A stretch of DNA of 64,000 nt, from positions 1 through 64,000 of the forward strand of contig CAVRVY010000002.1 of assembly GCA_963724765.1 (NCBI GenBank). The letters are read 5' to 3'. Numbering within the stretch: the stretch's first letter is position 1; every line of letters begins with the position of its first letter. The stretch is from an uncultured delta proteobacterium. Its GTDB lineage: Bacteria; Desulfobacterota; Binatia; Binatales; Binataceae. The position numbers were made by a program, and so were the translations under genes. Shown here piece after piece: positions 19,716 to 29,976 of the stretch. Below the pieces are notes generated by a model that was not told where the DNA came from, ran no database searches, and worked only from the letters and a program-made list of their open reading frames with translations.

Positions 19716-20843
19716 CTACAGCAATGTACCGGGGCGGGTACGGTTCAGATGCGTATAGGCACGCTGCGTGGCAACGCGACCGCGCGCTGTGCGGGCAATG
19801 AACCCCTCCTGCAGGAGGTAGGGCTCGTAGACATCGCCAATCGTGTCGGATTCCTCGCCGACCGCGGCAGCCAGCGTATCGACTCCGACCGGACCGCCGT
19901 CGAACTTGTCGATTATCGCGGTCAGGATCGCGCGGTCCATCTTGTCGAAGCCACACGCATCGATCTCCAGCAGTTCCAGCGCGCCCAAGGCCACTTCGCG
20001 CGTCACTACCGACGCCTCATTGACCTGGGCGAAGTCCCGCACCCGCCGCAACAGACGATTTGCAATCCGTGGCGTGCCGCGCGAGCGCGCGGCCAGTTCG
20101 CCGGCGCCTTCGTCGTCAATACGGACGCCAAGGAGATGCGCCGAACGTTGGATGATTTCTGTCAGGTCGGTGCACGCATAAAAGTCCAGGTGATAGTGCT
20201 GGCCGAAACGGTCGCGCAGCGGAGAACTCAAGAGTCCCGAGCGCGTCGTTGCACCGATCATCGTAAAGGGTTTGACCGAAAGCTTCATCGTGCGCGCTCC
20301 CAGCCCGCTCCCGACAACAATATTGAGCTCGAAGTCCTCCATCGCGGGATAGAGGATCTCTTCGACCACCCGGGCCAGACGATGAATCTCGTCGATGAAG
20401 AGCACATCGCCCTGGTTGAGATCGCTGACGATTGCGGCAAGATCGCCCGCCCGTTCTATCGCCGGTCCCGAGGTTACGCGCAGGTTAACCCCGAGCTCAC
20501 GCGCAATGATATGGGCCAGCGATGTCTTACCGAGGCCCGGTGGAGCTGAGAACAAGACGTGGTCGAGAGCCTCGCCGCGTTGGCGCGCTGCCGCGATCGA
20601 CATCCCGAGAACTTTCTTGATGCGCTCCTGGCCCACGAATTCAGCAAGCGAATGCGGGCGTAACGAGTAGTCGAGTTGGCGATCCTCCTCGCTCGCGAGC
20701 GCGGGAGGAGGTGGCCCGTCGGCCTTGCGCGGGGTGCGGGACTGCCTGTGGGTCGCGCCTTGCGGCTCGGGCCCAGATATACCCGCACCAGCTTCAGCTA
20801 TGCGCGGGCTTTCCTTGTTCGCATTCCTATCTTTCACCGACAA
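19716..20843 (-). CDS. ruvB: Holliday junction branch migration helicase RuvB
   Basis: [69 protein letters not shown]. Confidence 0.97.
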   Translation of the reverse strand: MSVKDRNANKESPRIAEAGAGISGPEPQGATHRQSRTPRKADGPPPPALASEEDRQLDYSLRPHSLAEFVGQERIKKVLGMSIAAARQRGEALDHVLFSAPPGLGKTSLAHIIARELGVNLRVTSGPAIERAGDLAAIVSDLNQGDVLFIDEIHRLARVVEEILYPAMEDFELNIVVGSGLGARTMKLSVKPFTMIGATTRSGLLSSPLRDRFGQHYHLDFYACTDLTEIIQRSAHLLGVRIDDEGAGELAARSRGTPRIANRLLRRVRDFAQVNEASVVTREVALGALELLEIDACGFDKMDRAILTAIIDKFDGGPVGVDTLAAAVGEESDTIGDVYEPYLLQEGFIARTARGRVATQRAYTHLNRTRPGTLL

Positions 20844-21444
20844 TAATGGCGAGGGACTTGCGGATCAGGGTCTCCAGCCCATCGTTTTCATCAAAGCCAT
20901 CAACAGAATCGACCGCGCGCTTCGCCTCGGCAGGTTTGTAGCCGAGGTTGATCAGTGCCGACACCGCATCGTCCACCAACGAAACTTCAATAGCATGCCC
21001 GTTCGATGAAGCGGCAGTCACATGTTCTGGCATCAGGTTGAGCCCGCCAACTTTATCGCGCAATTCACGCACGATCCGTTCTGCGACTTTGGCGCCAACT
21101 CCGGGCACAGCATCGAGCCGTTCGACATCCTCATGCGTGATCGCAGCTACCAGATCCCGTGGTGAGAGTACGGACAGAACAGCGAGCGCGAGCTTGGAGC
21201 CGACGTGCTGCACGCCCATCAACAGATCGAACGCGTGCTTTTCCGCGACGGTCGCGAAGCCATAGAGCAGAATCGCGTCTTCGCGAACAATCTGGCGGAG
21301 CTCCAATTCGATTTCCGCACCGACCGACGGCATTCGGTAGTAGGTGCTCAACGGAACGAAGATTTCGTACCCCACGCCCGCGGTCTCGACGATCAGCCGT
21401 CCCGGCTCGCGCAGCTTTAGTTTGCCGCTCAGGGTGGCGATCAT
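20827..21444 (-). CDS. ruvA: Holliday junction DNA-binding protein RuvA
   Basis: [57 protein letters not shown]. Confidence 0.97.
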   Translation of the reverse strand: MIATLSGKLKLREPGRLIVETAGVGYEIFVPLSTYYRMPSVGAEIELELRQIVREDAILLYGFATVAEKHAFDLLMGVQHVGSKLALAVLSVLSPRDLVAAITHEDVERLDAVPGVGAKVAERIVRELRDKVGGLNLMPEHVTAASSNGHAIEVSLVDDAVSALINLGYKPAEAKRAVDSVDGFDENDGLETLIRKSLAIIVGER

Positions 21445-21601
21445 GCGGACACCTGGATGCTCATGACGTTAAGCATAATTGGGCCGGTGGTATGCCGCGC
21501 GCTCAAGCATGAACTTCTCTCCAGGAATACGGTGGAATCTTGTAAAAACTCTGCGCCGCGCAAGGAACTTCCAGCTTCGACCCCAAACTTAGCGGTGAAA
21601 G

Positions 21602-21760
21602 TGTGGCCCAGGCAAACTCGGCCTCGAAAAATCTCCACAGGTGCGATCGACTGTTGCTGCAGAGATTTTCTCTTCTGGTGTGCCGATTCCGTAGGCGGGC
21701 GGATCTGGGAACTAAAGGTCCTCGCCCTGCGCCATCAGCTAAACGTTCTTCATCGACATG
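21602..21760 (+). mobile_element. 5' remnant of an integrase-core IS
   Basis: End motif TGTGGCCCAGGCAAACTC followed by ELKVLALRHQLNVL. Confidence 0.55.
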
Positions 21761-21907
21761 TTCCCGCAGCTTGTCCTCGGGAGCTCAAGCTGGTGAATCG
21801 CCGGACCGGGACGCACTTATACGTTTTCGACCTGCTCTGGTCGAAGACAACGGTTGTCTCACCGGGTTCCTTTTGGTCGGGCCTGAGAGAACTCGATGAT
21901 TCTGATG

Positions 21908-22312
21908 TCAGATCTTACCGGAGACGAGCGTAAACGCGATCAATATCAGCTTTGCATACGCCTCGTTCCAGGCCATAACCACTTTGAGAACGTCATTGAG
22001 GTCGCCTAGCGCCAGCACCCAGACCAGGAACGCGACGGTGGCGATGATCGCCTGCTTGTAGGCAGGTGGCTGCGCCGCCGTTTCGGTCTGCTTCAATGTC
22101 CACCAAAAGGTCAGCCCGAGGCCGACGACAAAACAGATCAGCAGAACCGTAACGTTTGGAATCCCGACCGCGCCTTTGACGATGGCGACCACCGCTGTCC
22201 AGGCGGCAATGACGTCGGCCGGAACATATTTGACGACGCGGTCGAGATATCCGTCGGCCTCTCCCCCACCTTGTGTTGATTGCAGTGCGAAATCCCGTAC
22301 ACGTCTCGGCAT
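21908..22312 (-). CDS. Small multi-pass membrane protein of unknown function
   Basis: 134 aa; DGYLDRVVKYVPADVIAAW followed by 3-4 hydrophobic segments; AAGGAGG RBS. Confidence 0.8.
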   Translation of the reverse strand: MPRRVRDFALQSTQGGGEADGYLDRVVKYVPADVIAAWTAVVAIVKGAVGIPNVTVLLICFVVGLGLTFWWTLKQTETAAQPPAYKQAIIATVAFLVWVLALGDLNDVLKVVMAWNEAYAKLILIAFTLVSGKI

Positions 22313-22337
22313 GGCACCCTCCTTGTGTTGATGATGA

Positions 22338-23479
22338 TTACGCGTCGAGGTACTTTCGAATTTGCCCGAAGATGGATTTCATCAGGATTCCCTCTCCCTT
22401 CGAACCCGCCCCGGCGTGATGCAGCGCGACGAGGTTCCAGTCTGTGTCGAAGCAGGGTGATCCGCTCGATCCACCTTTGTCGTATATTGAATCGTGACAA
22501 GCCCCGGATCGATCCAGGTGACGCCGCTGGTGTTGAGCGCAAGCTTCATTGGGCCACCTTCCGGATGCTGAAGGACGTAAAGCGGGTTTGTCTTCATCGG
22601 AGTGACGCCGAGGTTGGAAAAGGGCACGACATCCGCGGCAGCGGCGATGGAGTCGTCCGTGCGCAGCAATGCGAAATCGTGGCGTGCGCTACTCGCGACG
22701 ATCGGTTGATCCTTGTGGAGCCGAACTTCCTGGCCGGTGGCGGCGGGTCCTTCCGCAGTGAAGGCGCCAAATCGCAGGACAGTGTTCGACGCGTTTGCTG
22801 AAAGGACCTCGGGCTTCGCGTCCAGGGTCTGTCCCATCACGTGGTAATTAGTCAGCACGAGATCGCGGCCGATTAGCACGCCCGTACCCTTATCGATAAC
22901 GCCGACCTCTACACGGCAGACCGAGCGAGCTCGGTTCGCCGCCTTCATCACCAGTGCGACATCGAGCCATTCCGGCTCCGGCGTGAGCCAGCCCTGCAGC
23001 TCGAGCTGATTGGTCTCCCCGGCCCATTGAACGGGGGGACCGATCACGAGCGGAGCGAGTGCCGCATCGACCGGGGGCAGAGCCGCAATAGTACGCTCAG
23101 GAATCTGGTAGCGGGCCCCGAGATCGTCGAGCACGTCTTTGGATCGCACCAGCCGGTACGTGACGATCATGCTGGCGATAAAGGTCGCGTCCTCCAGCCC
23201 TGCCTCCGGGATCAATGGGAGGATGATAGAGCCAAGCGCCGCGTTCCGGTCTTTGGGATTGGTGCCGACCGCAATGGCAAAGTCCACGAGTCGGCGCGCA
23301 TTGTACTTGGGGTCTCCGACATATCCGGCAAGGCCCTTCATCTTGATGGCATCGCCGAAATTCGCCTGTTTCACGAGATTCTGGAAATATGGCGGCCCGT
23401 TAGGCGCCCCAGCCTCGGACCACCGCGCCAAGACGGAAACCAGCGCCTCCTTGTCATCGTGTGCTATCTCGAGGGGCAT
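22338..23479 (-). pseudogene. EAD-like domain plus trypsin-like serine protease, frameshifted near 22475
   Basis: GTGVLIG..VLTNYHV (His), HDFALL (Asp), LQHPEGGPMK; the catalytic GSSGSPCFDTDWNLVALHHAG lies in another frame ending at TAA 22338. Confidence 0.85.
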
Positions 23480-24319
23480 TCAGCAGCCTCCGGGCAATCT
23501 GGCTTTGGCGCCCTGAAGATCCTTCTCGCCATTGACGAGACTGTACTTGATGACGATGCGCGCAAGGGTCTCATCGGACGGGTTGCCGACGGAATCGAGG
23601 AGACCCAGGAGTAGCCAGCCGAGATACGTGTCACCATGGTGCTTGTGAGTGAAATCGTATCGGTTGCGCGCCACGAGGACATTCAGCAGATGCCACGCGT
23701 CGTCTCTGGCGTTGCCTGTCCACCCGGAACTGAATTGTGCCTTGAGTGGTTCGGGACAATCAGAGAGTTGAACCAGAGCGGGAAAGAAATTCTTGTCTAA
23801 TCCTGCCTCTGTGATGAAAATCTGGACGATTGCTTCAAGGTCAGCACGGTCCACATCCAATCGCAGCGCACGCGCTCCGACGGTAGGCTCGTTGTCCTTG
23901 AGAGGCGGGGGTGTCGGAGGAATGGCGAAAACTGTCTTGACTGGCGTCTGGCCACTAAATGCTTCTTCGATATCGCCCCATGGTACGAACATCCAAAAAT
24001 TTGTTTCCCGCTCTGACACTGACTGCAGAGTCATGCGATAGCCAATGGCCGCTCTATCGAGACCCTCAGAGATTATTCGGCCGTGGCGATCCCTTATGTT
24101 CGTGGTCGCCTGCATCAGGAATGCGATTGCGTCGGCCGTCTGCAGGACCCAACTCGGCAAATGCAACACGACGACTTCGACATCTTTTCCGATTGCGGCC
24201 GTGTAGGATCTCGTTTTTGCTTGGTTATACGGATCTTTCACGGAAGCACTAACAAGCTTGAAACCTATCGCATCGAAAAGTGGCTGTAGCTTGTCCACGA
24301 GCCGCGGCGGGATCGTCAT
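23480..24319 (-). CDS. Hypothetical protein with a C-terminal EAD-like domain homologous to the protease N-terminus
   Basis: The C-terminal ~110 aa after a PPTPPP linker align by eye with the protease N-terminus; stop codon abuts the protease ATG. Start is 24319 (ATG) or 24424 (GTG). Confidence 0.75.
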   Translation of the reverse strand: MTIPPRLVDKLQPLFDAIGFKLVSASVKDPYNQAKTRSYTAAIGKDVEVVVLHLPSWVLQTADAIAFLMQATTNIRDRHGRIISEGLDRAAIGYRMTLQSVSERETNFWMFVPWGDIEEAFSGQTPVKTVFAIPPTPPPLKDNEPTVGARALRLDVDRADLEAIVQIFITEAGLDKNFFPALVQLSDCPEPLKAQFSSGWTGNARDDAWHLLNVLVARNRYDFTHKHHGDTYLGWLLLGLLDSVGNPSDETLARIVIKYSLVNGEKDLQGAKARLPGGC

Positions 24320-24642
24320 ATCGTCAAGCGCGCTTAAGATGTCGTTTGACGTATTCGGCGGCTTGAATACGATCTGAAGGCCTTTGGAGAACAACGAAGC
24401 CAAGACGGGCGAGATGGTCGACACCGCGGTGTGTGTGGGTGGCGCGACTCGACGCCTTCGGCAACCTGTTCAATGTCGGCTTCGGACAGGGGTGCAATGC
24501 CTCCTTCACACGGGCAACCACTTCGCCCCTGTGCCGAATCCGAACGAGCTCTCCTTGAGCAACGATGCGCCGAATTTCCGACCTGTCCAACTGATCGGTA
24601 CAGTCACGCCAGTCCCGGTTCTCGCGGGACTCCACCGCGCTC

Positions 24643-24730
24643 ATGTCTGCTATCGGTTCTTTGCTGTCCTGCCGCTTCCGGAGCCGGGCGGACCCGGAAC
24701 TGGAAGTCGGCGCCCTTCGCCATCAGCTAC
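24643..24730 (+). mobile_element. 5' remnant of an integrase-core IS transposase
   Basis: RFRSRADPELEVGALRHQL, the same motif as at 21.7 kb and 39.4 kb. Confidence 0.55.
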
Positions 24731-24869
24731 TGTTGCCTCCGTTGCGGCAAGCGCCCGCAGCTGCAAATCCGCGTTCGTCGCGAGCCTCGTTCCGTTCGTG
24801 GGCTTTTCGGTGCAGTAGCACGTAGAGAAATAGACGACCGTCGTTGGAGGAGGATGCAGGGATGCGCGG

Positions 24870-25039
24870 CGGAGACCCTTGTGCGCTGGGATCTGGAAGA
24901 GAAAGACGGCGTCACGACGGTTCGCCTGACGCACTCGGGACTCACGAGTGAAAGTTCTCGCGCCCGCAATAGCGGCTGGCCTCTAATCCTGAGCTTGCTG
25001 CAAGCTTACGTCGAGGCTCGACTCAAACCAAGCAAGTGA
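24870..25039 (+). pseudogene. C-terminal fragment of an SRPBCC/AHSA1-family gene
   Basis: ETLVRWDLEEKDGVTTVRLTHSGL....NSGWPLILSLL. Confidence 0.65.
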
Positions 25040-25317
25040 TCGTAGGCACCGCGAAAGAGCCCACTCTGTTCGCTAAAAACAATCTTGTTGATTGGGCACG
25101 GCGAAAAGGGCTCTTGCATGCAATAGACACACGCTGAAAGCGGATCCGCGCATGAGAAGCTATGGCGACCGTGGCGCAGCGCAATATTGCAATGGCATCT
25201 TGGGGACTCGGTCGGCGGTGCGGGGGCGCGTCCCGTTGATGACGGAAGCTGATCCGCAACCGTGTCCTCCGAGCGGCGCTCGTCGCCGGCTCGAACGCCG
25301 ATGCTAATGGGGTAGCA

Positions 25318-26528
25318 ATGCTGATGTTCCGCGGGCAGGGTTCGGCAGCCGACGCGGCATCATGGATAGGCGCAGAGCACGACGGAAGCGGGCAGAAAGC
25401 GTTGCAAGCGGGCAGCGGTAAGCGCGGGCTCGGCTCGATCTTCAGGTCGAGCTACATCGACCGCAAGTCCGGCAAGCGCGTGACCGCCGAGACGTGGTCG
25501 ATCAGCTACTCGAACGCCGGGCTCCAATGCAGGGAATACGGATTCCCGTCGAAAGAGATGGCGCAGGCGATGCTCGAAAAGCGCATCGAGGAAGTGCGAA
25601 GCGGCAGGGCGCTGCCGGTGGAACTCAGGCGCATCACGCTGGCTGACCTGACCGCGTTGATCCTGACCGACTATGAGCAGAGCAATCGGCGGTCGGCGAA
25701 GCGCGTCCGCGAAGCCATTGCGCATCTGCACGCCCACTTCGACGACGGCAAATATCCAGTCACCGATCTCACCGGCAATCGGATCGCCGAATACGTAACC
25801 GACCGGCTCGCCTCGACGACGCGCTACAAACGGCGCCCGGCGAACGCAACCGTCAATCGCGAGTTGGCGGCGCTCAAGCGTGCATTTCATCTGGGCGCGA
25901 ACGCCGATCCGCCGCTGGTCGCGAAGGTGCCGAAGATCAAAATGCTCGGCGAGGCGAACGCGCGCAGCGGGTTCTTCGAGGTCCACGAGTTCAACCGCAT
26001 CGTCGCCGAACTGCCCGGTTTCCTACGCGCGCCGCTCGAAGTCGCCCGGATGACAGGGTGGCGCATCGCGTCGGAAGTGCTGACGCGCCGAGTGAAGCAT
26101 CTCGACCTCGCGAACGGTTGGTTGCGCCTCGATGGGAGTGAGAGCAAGAACGGCGAGGGCCGCGAGTTCCCGCTGACCCCGGCGCTGCGCGCGGTCTTGG
26201 TCGCCCAGCGCGAGCGCACGAAGGCACTCGAAAAGGAACGGGGCGAGATCATCCCGTGGTTGTTCCACGACGACAGCGGCAAGCAAATTGTTAGCTTCAG
26301 AACTGCATGGCTCGGCGCCTGCAAGCGTGCGGCATTCGGAAGCTGCCGCACGATCTCCGACGCACGGCGGTGCGCAACCTTGAACGCGCGGGCATCGCGA
26401 GGTCGGCGGCGATGCGCATGGTCGGGCACAAAACCGAAGCGATCTACCGGCGTTATTCAATCGTCGATGCGAAGGTGCTCGAAGAGGCGGCGGTCAAGTT
26501 GGCGGTGTTGCAAGCGGCTGAAGGATAG
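25318..26528 (+). pseudogene. Phage/island-type tyrosine recombinase with a single-base frameshift at about 26331
   Basis: ATVNRELAALKRAF, TGWR..E and SKNGEGR in one frame; PHDLRRTAVRNLERAG..GHKT..YRRY in the next. One extra G at GG 26331-26332 restores the frame. Start uncertain. Confidence 0.85.
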
Positions 26529-26651
26529 ACGCATCGGGCAGCCGGGCATCATGCCGGGCCGAATGTTGCAGGCGATTCGGATCGCGACAGAGGCACACTT
26601 GTCCTCTCGCAAAGAAACGGCGACCCGGTCATGTCTATGAGGGAATGACGA

Positions 26652-27467
26652 ATGCAGCACGAAGACGCTGTGGAGTTCCTGATTGAAAGACTCAAGGCGC
26701 AACCGAACGCTTTCAATTATGACCGCACGGAAATTGACGTGTACATCCCACGAGCCGTTTCAATCTTTCTCGCGGAGGAAAACGGAGACAGAGCGCTCTA
26801 CGACGTTGAGAGGTCTCGAAACGAAAAGTACTGGGATACGTGGACGGCATTTTACGATGCCGCATCTGAATTGTGTCGCCGAGGAATATTTCGACTGGGC
26901 AAAAAGCGCCCGATGGGGTCTGGCGCAGCAGCTCATGAGCTTGAGGAATGCTATTCGATCACCGTCGCGGGTCGCGACTGGCTGAAAAACTCGACGACGC
27001 GCTACGTCCCCACAGCGCCCGGTCGCTATCTAGAGTGCTTGAAAAACCCCGGCAAGGTTTTGGGTGCTGGGTTCTTGCAACGCGCCGGTGAGGCCGCAGG
27101 CTGCCACACCTATGAAAACCATCTTGCCTGCTGTGCGATGTGCGGTGCCGCAGCAGAATCCGCGCTTTTGGCGATTGCCACTGAAAAGACCGGCAATCGG
27201 GAATTGGTAGAAAAGGAATACAACAAACGCGATGGACGCCGGAACGTCACGAAATTGATCTTCGGCTCATTTCTGACATCGCGCCTCGCAAATGAGTTTG
27301 AAAGCGCCTTCAATCTCCTCACCTACTGGCGAGACGAGGCCGCGCATGGCGGCTCGTCCACGATCACGCAGGCTCAAGCCTACGACGCCTTGGATCGCCT
27401 TCTGCGACTGGCGTTCTTTGCTTGGGACAACTGGACTGAATTGACGGGAAAGGCGCGACCAGAATGA
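26652..27467 (+). CDS. Hypothetical protein with a HEPN-like RxxxxH motif
   Basis: ACCAMCGAAAESAL and LLTYWRDEAAHG (R-x4-H); wHTH-like N-terminus (ELCRRGIF..YSITVAG). Confidence 0.65.
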   Translation: MQHEDAVEFLIERLKAQPNAFNYDRTEIDVYIPRAVSIFLAEENGDRALYDVERSRNEKYWDTWTAFYDAASELCRRGIFRLGKKRPMGSGAAAHELEECYSITVAGRDWLKNSTTRYVPTAPGRYLECLKNPGKVLGAGFLQRAGEAAGCHTYENHLACCAMCGAAAESALLAIATEKTGNRELVEKEYNKRDGRRNVTKLIFGSFLTSRLANEFESAFNLLTYWRDEAAHGGSSTITQAQAYDALDRLLRLAFFAWDNWTELTGKARPE

Positions 27468-27940
27468 GACCTCAGTCTCACTGGAACGAAATCCGAAGGT
27501 TTTGCTGGAAGCACTTCGCATCCGATTGGAAAAGGGCGAACCATTACCTTCGGAAGACCGACCGATTCTATTCACGGCTCATTGCTGAAGTTGAGAAGAA
27601 GCCGGGACATCACGACGAAGCAGCAAACCTTTACAGCGAATGGCATACGGTGCGTGAACCCGAGCAGTACGAGGTTGATCGTCTTCTAACCCTCTATTAC
27701 CTGCGGCGCGCCGCGCGTCATCACCTACCACAGCCCGACGATTACGATTCCCGATACTGGCAGAAAGACGAGTTCAGAGGCGTTTCGCGCCTCACCGATG
27801 CCGGAATCGATTTCATCGACCGCGCCCTTTATGAGAGACGGAAGCGCCGCTTGGAGATTTGGGTACCGTTGATTGCGGCCCTAGCTGGCGTAGTCGCTGC
27901 TGCTGCCGGACTCGCTGCTATCCTGTTAAGTCACCGCTGA
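27464..27940 (+). CDS. Hypothetical protein with a C-terminal transmembrane helix
   Basis: ATGA overlap with the upstream gene; LTDAG..RRKRRLE followed by IWVPLIAALAGVVAAAAGLAAILL. Confidence 0.65.
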   Translation: MRPQSHWNEIRRFCWKHFASDWKRANHYLRKTDRFYSRLIAEVEKKPGHHDEAANLYSEWHTVREPEQYEVDRLLTLYYLRRAARHHLPQPDDYDSRYWQKDEFRGVSRLTDAGIDFIDRALYERRKRRLEIWVPLIAALAGVVAAAAGLAAILLSHR

Positions 27941-28152
27941 GACAGGATGACGAAAGCGCACGGCAGACTGGAGCGTTTGCCTATTTCCGCGCTCGCCGTC
28001 GATGCGATCAATGGGTCCGGCGACTGGCGCCGCGAAGACGACCGGCGAAGCATCCTATTTGGGCATAAATGCGCGCAAGGTTTTCGCAATTTCCAAGAGC
28101 GACCTCGGTCGAAAGGTCGCGCAAAACCGGGGCAAGACCGGCGTCGCCGAGA

Positions 28153-29865
28153 TTAAGCATTCGCAGCCTTTGCTTTTACAGTGTTTGTGAACAATTCGAC
28201 GCGAATGTTGTCTCGATTGAAATTTCCGTCAGCAGCCTCATCGATTATATTGACACTTCGCTCGATTAGATCCAACGTCTTATCGTTGTCCCAAAGTATA
28301 TCCAGCAAGACCGCACAGTAGCGCGCCATCTCATGCGAATTGAAGAAACGCGGCAGCGGCTGCGGATTGCCTAATAGCCGCATCGCCAACAAAAAGTGAT
28401 AACGAGCGACCTTAAGTTGCGGCTCTAACTGCCCAATCCGAAACAACGATTCTAGCGAATAGAACGCAAAGGCCGACACATAATACGGTTCTAGCCGATG
28501 CTCTTCGCCAAATATCTCTGTTCCAACCTTGGCTTTTAAAGCCGCATAGTTTCGCGTTGTTCTATGCGGTTCGCCCAAAAACATAGCCGCAAATGAACGG
28601 ATTACATTACCGGGGGATATGATGCGCGTCTTGTCGATAGACGCAACACTAGCAAATTGGCGTGTTCTTCTTTCATAAAACAGAGTGTTTTCCTTTTCCT
28701 TCGGAAAAGCCTGAAAGAATGCCTCTAGCTTTTTTGAGAAATCGGTAAACGCCAGAAACTGTTCGTCCGTTACCTGTGTCTGTCGATTCGTAGCCCTTAT
28801 AATCGAGTTAATTACATCCTCGTCTTGCGTGCTAATCAAACGGACTGGGATGGCAACAGACTCGTCAACTAGTTGCTGATTATCAAATAGCACGTGACTT
28901 GTTTGACAGCCATTTACTATTTGAAAATCTTCAATGTGGATTCGATTCCCTACTGTGCGCAGTGTGCGAGCGATGATTGTAACGCCATTATTCATCAGCA
29001 CAAAGCGGTCTTTGAAACTGGATTCTAGCGTTGATTTAATCTCATTGTTTACCTCCGCATCGTATTCTAACCAGTCCCGGACGTTATCATAGAAAATGCT
29101 CTTGATAATCTGTCCATCTTCGTCTCGCAAGAGTTTGAGAAATTCCTGCGCTGGCAAGATGCCAAGATGGGCCTCGGCAACTCCTGCTACTGACGGTACT
29201 ACTGCACGACCCACGAACAGAAAATCCTTTTGGACTGCATTTTTCGTTTGATTGTAGAGTTTTTGGACTGCTCCCGCGTCTATAGGCGAGAAGGTTACGT
29301 CCCGAAACAGCCCTCTTATCTTCAAGTCGCCGACAGCGGTTCTTATGCGGCCTTCGAGGTCAGCATCGCCAACCCATCTACCAGTGGTTACATAATAAAG
29401 GCGGCATAGAGGATTGCCGCGGCGAAACTTGCCGCTCTTGTTATAGACTGCATCCATAATCGCGGCTGCATCAGCGATGCCTTGATTGCGACGGAGGGTT
29501 GGTTCTGGATTGAAGAAGTCCTTCACGCCGTATCCGAAGTCGTTCATCTTACCGCCGTCGAATGACGCGCCTCGGTCAGCTTGTACAAAAATGAAAGTTA
29601 CTTCTAGGGTGTCACTCGACGCCGCGATTTCTTCAAAAGCTTCGACGTCTGTGATGAGAGATTCATTTACGATTATGGCGATGGCGTCTATTGCCGTATC
29701 GCCGCCTTTGCCGACAACTACATCAGCTGTGTTGAAGGTTTTGGTATAGTAACGACTGATCGTGATGTAAGCAGCAAAATGTTCAAACTGCTCGTTCTGA
29801 TCAAGTTTACTTAGTCCAAAACTTTGGCAAAACTCTTCCAACAATGATTCTGTAATTCGGTCCAT
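28153..29865 (-). CDS. AIPR (abortive infection phage resistance) family protein
   Basis: GGDTAIDAIAI, SIFYDNVRDWL, FVLMNNGVTII, FQIVNGCQTS, IIRATNRQT, YERR; AAGGAG RBS; AT-rich. Confidence 0.9.
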   Translation of the reverse strand: MDRITESLLEEFCQSFGLSKLDQNEQFEHFAAYITISRYYTKTFNTADVVVGKGGDTAIDAIAIIVNESLITDVEAFEEIAASSDTLEVTFIFVQADRGASFDGGKMNDFGYGVKDFFNPEPTLRRNQGIADAAAIMDAVYNKSGKFRRGNPLCRLYYVTTGRWVGDADLEGRIRTAVGDLKIRGLFRDVTFSPIDAGAVQKLYNQTKNAVQKDFLFVGRAVVPSVAGVAEAHLGILPAQEFLKLLRDEDGQIIKSIFYDNVRDWLEYDAEVNNEIKSTLESSFKDRFVLMNNGVTIIARTLRTVGNRIHIEDFQIVNGCQTSHVLFDNQQLVDESVAIPVRLISTQDEDVINSIIRATNRQTQVTDEQFLAFTDFSKKLEAFFQAFPKEKENTLFYERRTRQFASVASIDKTRIISPGNVIRSFAAMFLGEPHRTTRNYAALKAKVGTEIFGEEHRLEPYYVSAFAFYSLESLFRIGQLEPQLKVARYHFLLAMRLLGNPQPLPRFFNSHEMARYCAVLLDILWDNDKTLDLIERSVNIIDEAADGNFNRDNIRVELFTNTVKAKAANA

Positions 29866-29976
29866 AAACCGCTCCTTGCGAGCGGTTCGACCAGCACTTC
29901 GACCGATCCCGCCGCCAATGGGGTCTAGTCGCATTGTTTACACCCTCCGTATTGGTCCGTCGAGCATATTAATGCC

